From a virus (taxonomy: Duplodnaviria; Heunggongvirae; Uroviricota; Caudoviricetes), in IMG/VR virus record IMGVR_UViG_2609460344_000010, positions 1-5,435 of that record: a stretch of 5,435 nt of DNA. One strand, written 5' to 3'. A program made the position numbers and the translations under genes. The stretch's first letter is position 1, and every line of letters begins with the position of its first letter. Shown piece after piece: positions 1 through 5,435 of this stretch. Under the pieces are notes generated by a model. That model was not told the DNA's origin, made no database searches, and saw only the letters and a program-made list of their open reading frames with translations.

Positions 1-45
1 GTTAAATGGAGCATGGGTGACGGCTGCAAGTATATAATGATATTC

Positions 46-70
46 AGAAGGCCTTCCGGCCTTCTTTATT
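46..70. terminator. Putative intrinsic terminator hairpin at the end of the tail operon, possibly bidirectional
   Basis: Perfect 8-bp stem AGAAGGCC (46..53) / GGCCTTCT (58..65) with loop TTCC, followed on the plus strand by TTATT. It sits immediately downstream of the chaperone stop codon (71..69) on the minus strand, where the trailing U-tract is weaker (GAAUAUCAUUAUAUA). Confidence 0.5.
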
Positions 71-590
71 ACTGTGGCTGCTCAGGCCATTTAATGGCGT
101 TAAATTCAGCTTCTGTTTTAATGGCGGGCAGTTCCATTTTCTTCACCTGACTGATGTATGCCATCCATTGGGTAAGTGCTGCTCTGTCTTCATCGCTGAT
201 GGTGTCCAGTTGTAGCTCCGTTCTCCAGTCATTAATTTTTTCATATGCCTGATTAAGATATGACTGGCGCAGTGCTTCCGCTTTTTTGGTATAGTTAACC
301 GGGAGTTGTGAGATGACACCATTATCAAACTTCCAGTTTCCTGAAATATCAGTACCTTCAGGTAATTCGTCTGTCTCAACAACGGAAAAACCCGCAGGAT
401 ACAGCGCCGAAGCATCCTGTGATATTGAGCAGATAACACCGCTGTCAGGTGTTATGCAAAGTTTATATTTTTTGGTGAATAATGGCAGGGATTCGTAGAA
501 ATCCTTACCATCTTCACTCTGGAAATACTGAACATTATTACCATATGGCATATTTTCAGGATAATAACGGGTTATATTTTTTAGTTCCAT
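69..590 (-). CDS. Tail fiber assembly chaperone (P2 gpG / Mu U / lambda Tfa family)
   Basis: 173-aa ORF with ATG at 590..588, preceded by GGAGG with a 5-nt spacer. Size, position directly downstream of the fiber gene, and motifs (SEDGKDFYE, ISQDASALYPAGFSVVE, C-terminal ...WPEQPQ) match my recollection of the P2 gpG family. Confidence 0.8.
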   Translation of the reverse strand: MELKNITRYYPENMPYGNNVQYFQSEDGKDFYESLPLFTKKYKLCITPDSGVICSISQDASALYPAGFSVVETDELPEGTDISGNWKFDNGVISQLPVNYTKKAEALRQSYLNQAYEKINDWRTELQLDTISDEDRAALTQWMAYISQVKKMELPAIKTEAEFNAIKWPEQPQ

Positions 591-641
591 AAAATCCTCC
601 TGGAAATAAATCTGTTTTAAAATATATTATTTACTGACTAT

Positions 642-1532
642 TTATAACTGAGATACCGTAATCCATGTACCTCCGACTAATTTTTGCAGGGGTCTGAATG
701 CTATAAAATCGTTTGAAGCATCAACTTTACTGTCAATCTGCAGGCCTGCCATAACATTACCGTACGCAGAGTAATATGCCCCACCGTACATTACCTGCCT
801 GTTCTCTGCTCCCAGCCTGATATCCTGGATATATCGGGAATCCGCATCCTGCTGTGTTATACCAGAAGTGATGTTTATGTCCTGCGTCCCGTCAAAGGGA
901 ACCCCATTAATATTTCTTGGGGTGGCGAGTCTATTCGCGGCAACGGCGGTGCCGTCCGATGGCAGAGCATTCGCCGCCCTGTTTACCGTTTCCCGTAAAC
1001 CGACGTTATCGATAAAAGCCCCTTTATCCGGAATGTCTGCGCCGTTCTGCTCCCTGCGCAGGTAACGGTTATCACCTTCGCTTTTGCTGTAAACATCCAG
1101 ATTATTACGGGCGGTTCCCTTATTCTCCAGGTCGGCGAGATTCTGATCCTTCGCCAGGGCATTAACGTCAGCGGGACCAAGACTGTTTTTTGTGGCAAGC
1201 GTCCCCAGACCAAGATAACCACGGGCCAGACGCTGGGCCTCCGCACCGGCATCAGCAATTTCTTTCAGGTTATTTTTCCGGGAAAAGGCATTCGCAGCGA
1301 TAATGGCTTTAATGGACAGCGTAAGCTGGTTTAACTGCGCCTTATCCGGCTGAATACTGGCTTCAGCCAGAATATTCAGCAGTTCGGCCTGGAGAATATT
1401 CAGCCAGTCCTGACCAATCCAGCTGATACCTTTTTGTCCGTCACCTTCGGTAAACCAGGTGGTGGTATTACTCTGCGCCGGTGCCAGCGCAGGCATATTC
1501 GCCACGCCGGAATTATTATCAACATGAAACAT
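642..1532 (-). CDS. Tail fiber protein (compact; Mu S / P2 gpH-type C-terminal region)
   Basis: 296-aa ORF with ATG at 1532..1530, preceded by GAGGAG with an 8-nt spacer. A central GLRETVNRA motif (encoded 975..1001) and a C-terminal region (...[11 protein letters not shown]...[21 protein letters not shown]) resemble, from memory, the receptor-binding ends of P2 H / Mu S-type fibers. Followed directly by a Tfa-like chaperone gene. Confidence 0.8.
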   Translation of the reverse strand: MFHVDNNSGVANMPALAPAQSNTTTWFTEGDGQKGISWIGQDWLNILQAELLNILAEASIQPDKAQLNQLTLSIKAIIAANAFSRKNNLKEIADAGAEAQRLARGYLGLGTLATKNSLGPADVNALAKDQNLADLENKGTARNNLDVYSKSEGDNRYLRREQNGADIPDKGAFIDNVGLRETVNRAANALPSDGTAVAANRLATPRNINGVPFDGTQDINITSGITQQDADSRYIQDIRLGAENRQVMYGGAYYSAYGNVMAGLQIDSKVDASNDFIAFRPLQKLVGGTWITVSQL

Positions 1533-2092
1533 TAAATAGTCTCCTCTTCATGGCTGTTTGCATACACGTAAATAAACGTCTGCCATGCAGGCTTATAACG
1601 GTTCAGAATACATTCCAGCGCACCGCCTTCATAAATACGCAGCGGCGTGAGAATATCATCCAGCACATTCATATTCCGGTAGCCGGTTTCACTGTTAATC
1701 GTGACAATACTGACCCACTGTGAATCCGGTGATGGCTGAATATCTATTTCATAACCAAACTCTGCCGCAAACCGGATATAAAATTCACGGTTAAGAGAGG
1801 GTTTCATCCGGTATTTATTCCCGGCATAACGCTGACGCTCCTGAATGGTTGCGCCGGTCATATCACATTCCGGTAACCCCAGATAACGCTCCCAGTCTTC
1901 CAGCAGCAGACGGGATGAATCAGGAAAACGTTCTGCCAGCATCTGGTTACCGGTCCAGGAAACACGCTCCGTGGAATGACTGAGGCCCAGGCACAAAGCC
2001 GCAAGAACGGATGACGGCCGCTTATCCCATGCCAGCCCGTCAGGCAGCAACTGCAACAGGGCGCGCTGATGCGGGGTCAGGGTTACAGCCAT
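1532..2092 (-). CDS. Baseplate/tail protein, P2 gpI / Mu gp48-like
   Basis: 186-aa ORF between the J-like gene and the tail fiber. ATG at 2092..2090 is preceded by AGGAG with a 7-nt spacer. Its start overlaps the J stop by 10 nt (ATGGCTGTAA), and its stop overlaps the fiber start (TAATG, sharing base 1532). Confidence 0.75.
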   Translation of the reverse strand: MAVTLTPHQRALLQLLPDGLAWDKRPSSVLAALCLGLSHSTERVSWTGNQMLAERFPDSSRLLLEDWERYLGLPECDMTGATIQERQRYAGNKYRMKPSLNREFYIRFAAEFGYEIDIQPSPDSQWVSIVTINSETGYRNMNVLDDILTPLRIYEGGALECILNRYKPAWQTFIYVYANSHEEETI

Positions 2093-3168
2093 GTGATTTC
2101 TCCTACCGTCAGCAGCTCACTGTCTCCCGCCTGAACTGACGTCAGCGGACTGCGCACTTCAAAATCCTCCAGATTTTTCACCCCTGCCACCGCCCGCCAG
2201 AAAGACGACGGCAGAACCAGACCGCCGGGCCGGGATTCGTTATACAACAGGTCGGTCAGCGCCTGTTTTACGGCCGCCTGATTCTCCGGTGTTTTCGGGA
2301 TGATCCTGATGCTGAAGGGCACCGGCTTATTGGTCAGTTTAAACACGGTCACCGTCGGCCCCAGAGGCTGTCCGACAGGCTGGCCGGTCGCCGGATCATC
2401 ATGACTGCGGATATAATCCGCCACCCGCTGAACATCACCGTCACCGGGGAAAATGTCCGGGTTATTATCCTGAACAAACGTTACCCCCACGCTGCCCGCC
2501 TGCGGCCATTCCGGGCGGCACCATGCCCGCGTCACGCCCGGCACTTCACGCGCCCAGCGTTCAAAATCATACTGCGTGCCGCCGGACGGTGGATTCTGCA
2601 CCCGGAAAACCAGACGGGAAAGCAGCTCCGGCACGGTTTCCACATCCGCACCACCGGTGATCCCCGTTCCGGTCACCGTGGCCGTCTGGTTGATCCCCGC
2701 CTGCGGTGTGATAAATGTCAGTTTTGTCCCTGCCGGGGCATTCCCCGCACGACCGGCACTTTCGGCTTCCACACTGACATTCAGCGTACCGGCCTTACCG
2801 GTCAGGGAGGTGGTGATACGGTAAACAACACCATCGCTTCGCTGAAGGAGTACGCCTTCCGTGATCCCTGCATCCGTGGTCAGCATCAGTTGTACCGGTC
2901 CGTCAGCGCGGGAAGCCGGTTTACGGATGACACCCCAGAATGCGCAGTGTTTCAGCAGTTCGGCTTCATCGGCTTCGGTCGGGATGATCTGACGCGCAAT
3001 CCAGGCCAGATGCTCATGCTCCTGAGCAGATAACCCTGCCTGAGCGTAAGCAATGGCATTCAGGGTGGTTTCATTCACGCCCGGCTGCGAACCGGGCAGG
3101 CGCTGGCTGATATCCTGTTGTGTCTGTGTGATCAGTTGCGCCAGTGGTAAGGGCTGATAAGGCATCAT
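2083..3168 (-). CDS. Baseplate J-like protein (Mu gp47 / P2 gpJ family)
   Basis: 361-aa ORF in the canonical position between the W-like and I-like genes. ATG at 3168..3166 overlaps the upstream stop as ATGA. A G-rich Shine-Dalgarno (AAGGGGGA) lies immediately upstream. Confidence 0.8.
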   Translation of the reverse strand: MMPYQPLPLAQLITQTQQDISQRLPGSQPGVNETTLNAIAYAQAGLSAQEHEHLAWIARQIIPTEADEAELLKHCAFWGVIRKPASRADGPVQLMLTTDAGITEGVLLQRSDGVVYRITTSLTGKAGTLNVSVEAESAGRAGNAPAGTKLTFITPQAGINQTATVTGTGITGGADVETVPELLSRLVFRVQNPPSGGTQYDFERWAREVPGVTRAWCRPEWPQAGSVGVTFVQDNNPDIFPGDGDVQRVADYIRSHDDPATGQPVGQPLGPTVTVFKLTNKPVPFSIRIIPKTPENQAAVKQALTDLLYNESRPGGLVLPSSFWRAVAGVKNLEDFEVRSPLTSVQAGDSELLTVGEITWL

Positions 3169-3602
3169 TCCCCCTTCATATCAGCATAAAAAATCATCGG
3201 ATGTCTGCTTCCGTCCGGCAGGGTGATTTTCACGGAAAGCGAAAGGCGAGCATGCCCCACACGCATGGCATGACATACCACGGATGTGGCAGCACCGCTT
3301 TTATGCAGCCACGCCAGCGCTTCATCAGCATAGGCCTGTGCACGGCTGACCACGGAGGACAGCGTCTTTTCACGGCTTAACAGCCAGAGACGGGAGCCAA
3401 CGGGGCGCTCCCGGAAACTGTCTCCCCACCATCCCCGACGGTCACGGGTGCCGTCAGGGATTTCATCGGAATCCAGCGCCCGCCTGTCCGTAAACAGTGA
3501 AATAATGACCGCCGTCAGCAGACTGTCATCCGTCAGAAGATCTGCGCCGTTCAGTTGCAGGGAACCGCAACCCTGATCCCAGACGACAGCAATATCAGCC
3601 AT
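3165..3602 (-). CDS. Baseplate wedge protein, Mu gp46 / P2 gpW / T4 gp25-like
   Basis: The ORF track extends this ORF to 3746, but the plausible start is the ATG at 3602..3600, preceded by GGGAGGA with a 7-nt spacer. That start overlaps the spike stop (minus strand ATGGCTGA). Product is then 145 aa, typical for gpW/gp46. The stop overlaps the J-like start as ATGA. Confidence 0.75.
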   Translation of the reverse strand: MADIAVVWDQGCGSLQLNGADLLTDDSLLTAVIISLFTDRRALDSDEIPDGTRDRRGWWGDSFRERPVGSRLWLLSREKTLSSVVSRAQAYADEALAWLHKSGAATSVVCHAMRVGHARLSLSVKITLPDGSRHPMIFYADMKGE

Positions 3603-4103
3603 TCTCTGGTCCTCCCGTTTTGCTGCCTTCACCGTTATCCTGATGCACATGGCCGGAATAGGTGATCCCGGCAATAACGGCATCAGACATCGTGAACAGC
3701 CCGTCTGATTTACCTGTACCATCAAGCACGAAATTACCCTTAACATGCAGGTTTTTATCCACCGTCACATTGCCCGTAAAGGTGGCCTCCGGCGTATCCA
3801 CCCGCATCCCCTCATCGGCGTAAATCTCCAGCATTTTGCATGTCACAATAATGCGACCATCCTTTGTTAACCGTATCCGGTGCCCCTCATGGTGATACAC
3901 CCCCGTATCTCCGGCGGTAAGTCCGGTCGGGCGGCTGCGCCGGTCTTCCACCACAAGCACCACAGCCTGATCCCGCTGTCCGCCAGACAGGCAAAAAAGG
4001 TTTCCGCACCCGGCAGGGGAACGCTGATCTGCCCGTACTGCTGGGGACGCTCCACATCATCAAAGGTTTCGCCGTCCATGCCGGTGAGCTGCACATTCTG
4101 CAT
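3595..4103 (-). pseudogene. Baseplate spike, Mu gp45 / P2 gpV-like, interrupted by a frame change; either a true frameshift or a homopolymer sequencing error
   Basis: Two adjacent minus-strand ORFs in different frames (3867..4103 and 3595..3963) together read as one spike-like protein: ...YGQISVPLPGAETFF in the first, then CLSGGQRDQAVVLVVEDRRSRP... in the second. The frames switch at the A6 run 3993..3998 (T6 on the coding strand). Adding one T there fuses them into a protein of about 169 aa. Confidence 0.6.
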
Positions 4104-4157
4104 TTTCAGCGCGTCATTGTGCCGGTCAGAACACCACGCCCAAACAACAGACGAACA

Positions 4158-4173
4158 CCCCGCATCACCGGGG
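4158..4173 (-). other. Short GC hairpin (CCCCG, 6-nt loop, CGGGG) in the hub-spike spacer; possible attenuator or RNA structure
   Basis: Perfect 5-bp all-GC inverted repeat 4158..4162 / 4169..4173. On the minus-strand transcript it is followed by a U-rich stretch (UGUUCGUCUGUUGUUUG, 4157..4141). Confidence 0.3.
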
Positions 4174-4196
4174 CAAGAAGGCGGCTGAACACTTCG

Positions 4197-5318
4197 TCAT
4201 TCATCATTGAATTTAATCCCCTGTTTTTTCATCTGCTGGCGAATAAAGGCATCAACATCGTCACCGGAACCACCCCGGCCCTTACTGTCCGGCTCTGCCG
4301 GAACGATAAAGCCGTCACGCGGTGCCAGTACCAGCCGGGTGACTTCCCCGTTATGTTCATCAAGTAAAAACTCCACCTGACAGACCAGCAGTTCAGTCTG
4401 TTCTATACCGAAACGCAGGGCTGAAACACCGGTCAGCAGATTGACATCCCATAACCGGCCATCATCCCGGAACCAGCCACGCACGGTGGCAGAAAACCGT
4501 TCTGAACGGGCAATCGCACGGCGCATTTCACGCAGGGCACGCTGCCGTGCACCGGTGGTGTCTGTCTGTTGATCGGCGAGGATGATTTTCGGCCGGTAAC
4601 GGCCGATCGCACTCACTGTCACGCCCACAGGTGCGGCCAGCGGGCGGCGGTCACTGCATCCCCGCATGCCACCACCACGCCCGTGCCCCCGGACACGGTA
4701 TTCACTGTATCGTCCTCGCCAGTCCACGTTGTGATCCAAATCCAGCAGATTATCTCCCAGCACCAGTCTGTCCGTCTGCTGGCTTCCTGCCTGGGTGAAC
4801 ACCAGATCGCCGTCAGCATTACTGGTCACCAGCACCCCGCGATGCCGGGCAGCACGTGTCAGCGCATCTGCCACGGTTTCTGAGTTTTCCAGTGTGAAGG
4901 TGGAAAAGGGCCGGGCTGCCGTTGCATCATTTACCTGCCAGCGCACCGTGACCCCGAACGGAGCACACAAATCTGAAGCAATGTGCTCCAGCGTGCGGTT
5001 CCTCCACTGGCTGCCCGGATGAATGGCTGAACAGTCCACCAGGTCACCGGTTTTATCCCGTCCGCTGAGCGTGATCTGAAAACGCGTGGCGCTGATGCGC
5101 TGCCGGACCTGATCCAGCCAGCCAGTGATCACAGGCTGACCGTCAATGCGCAATTCCAGAGACTGACCGGCACGGACGGATGACGGAAGGCGTACACCGG
5201 GCATCATTACCCCCAGTTCAAAGGAGCCCGCCAGATGTTCAAGAGAGCGACGAACACTCACCGTCAGCCAGCCGGAAAAAATCTCACCGCCCAGATACAG
5301 TTCAACCCTGCTGCTCAC
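4197..5318 (-). CDS. Baseplate hub protein, Mu gp44 (P) / P2 gpD-like
   Basis: 373-aa ORF at the expected position and size for the hub gene of Mu-type baseplate clusters. Start is GTG at 5318..5316, preceded by GGAGG (5329..5325) with a 6-nt spacer. The start lies 17 nt inside the 3' end of the upstream ORF. Confidence 0.8.
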   Translation of the reverse strand: MSSRVELYLGGEIFSGWLTVSVRRSLEHLAGSFELGVMMPGVRLPSSVRAGQSLELRIDGQPVITGWLDQVRQRISATRFQITLSGRDKTGDLVDCSAIHPGSQWRNRTLEHIASDLCAPFGVTVRWQVNDATAARPFSTFTLENSETVADALTRAARHRGVLVTSNADGDLVFTQAGSQQTDRLVLGDNLLDLDHNVDWRGRYSEYRVRGHGRGGGMRGCSDRRPLAAPVGVTVSAIGRYRPKIILADQQTDTTGARQRALREMRRAIARSERFSATVRGWFRDDGRLWDVNLLTGVSALRFGIEQTELLVCQVEFLLDEHNGEVTRLVLAPRDGFIVPAEPDSKGRGGSGDDVDAFIRQQMKKQGIKFNDE

Positions 5319-5435
5319 TAATCACCTCCACTGAATGGCCTCCGGGAATGAACAGCGGATCAACAATACCGTTACGGCGCACAAAGCGTTGCCAGCCGGT
5401 ACTGTTCCCGGTGGCACGGTACAGGGTCACCAGTG
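5302..5435 (-). CDS. 3' end of an upstream tail gene, truncated by the window edge; possibly DNA circularisation protein N/gp43-like, by synteny only
   Basis: Hand translation of the minus strand from 5433 gives a stop-free frame ([43 protein letters not shown]) ending at TGA 5304..5302, with enterobacterial-type codon choice. Not in the ORF track because it has no start inside the window. Identity is inferred only from its position upstream of the hub gene. Confidence 0.45.
   Translation of the reverse strand, partial: LVTLYRATGNSTGWQRFVRRNGIVDPLFIPGGHSVEVISEQQG
5325..5329 (-). promoter_or_regulatory. Shine-Dalgarno sequence (GGAGG) for the hub gene
   Basis: Minus strand reads GGAGGTGATTAGTG, with GTG as the start codon at 5318..5316. 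Confidence 0.6.

Noticed and set aside
143-439. Nested minus-strand ORFs in alternative frames (143..439, 983..1258, 3887..4096, 4619..4819)
   Set aside because: Each is fully contained within a longer, better-supported gene on the same strand. No independent start signals or recognisable protein features.
591-641. Possible internal promoter in the AT-rich fiber-chaperone intergenic region (TATATT / TAATAT-like hexamers)
   Set aside because: No convincing -35 element at proper spacing. AT-rich DNA yields -10-like hexamers by chance. The Shine-Dalgarno plus the short gap are sufficient for co-transcription with the fiber gene.
1006-1015. Palindrome TTATCGATAA inside the tail-fiber gene near the conserved junction, considered as a Gin/Hin/Cin-type invertase crossover site
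   Set aside because: Only a 10-bp palindrome, not a 26-bp two-half-site gix/hix-like sequence. No inverted second copy, no alternate fiber or chaperone segment on the opposite strand, and no invertase gene in the window.
2401-3033. 210-aa plus-strand ORF (Arg/Gly/Pro-rich) and other plus-strand ORFs (313..498, 868..1065, 1481..1723, 2576..2824, 3144..3380, 3880..4188, 4119..4367, 4569..4883, 4795..5022)
   Set aside because: All lie antisense to well-supported minus-strand genes in GC-rich DNA, where long spurious antisense ORFs are expected. Their compositions are low-complexity and they have no convincing ribosome-binding sites.
3603-3746. N-terminal 48-codon extension of the W-like ORF (track ORF 3165..3746, beginning MLRVISCLMVQ...)
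   Set aside because: The extension overlaps the spike coding region in another frame and has no ribosome-binding site. The internal ATG at 3602 has a good Shine-Dalgarno, overlaps the spike stop in a coupling arrangement, and gives a protein of typical gpW/gp46 size.
1-5435. CRISPR arrays, tRNA/tmRNA genes, attachment-site repeats, DGR template/variable repeats or reverse transcriptase, toxin-antitoxin pairs
   Set aside because: No regularly spaced direct repeats, no cloverleaf-like tRNA sequences, no non-structural ORFs and no obvious duplicated segment near the fiber 3' end. Essentially all coding capacity is taken by tail structural genes. Repeat detection was by eye only, so a computational self-alignment could still reveal short repeats I missed.

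Overview
The window is almost entirely one minus-strand operon (transcribed from high to low coordinates) encoding the distal baseplate and tail-fiber module of a Mu-like / P2-type contractile-tail prophage or phage-tail-like element. In order of transcription: 3' end of an upstream gene (N/gp43-like by position only), baseplate hub (gp44/gpD-like), baseplate spike (gp45/gpV-like, split into two frames), wedge protein (gp46/gpW-like), baseplate J-like protein, gpI/gp48-like protein, a compact 296-aa tail fiber, and a tail-fiber assembly chaperone, ending at a GC hairpin near the left edge. Genes are tightly packed with overlapping stop/start codons and recognisable Shine-Dalgarno motifs. I recognise no RNA genes, CRISPR arrays, integrase, invertase, reverse transcriptase or defence-type genes. 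I do not see evidence for a novel system here; this looks like a canonical structural module. The points worth a second look are the frame break in the spike gene, the AT-richer host-range cassette (fiber 3' end plus chaperone), and a 93-nt structured spacer between hub and spike. All family assignments rest on my reading of the translated ORFs and remembered family features, not on database searches.
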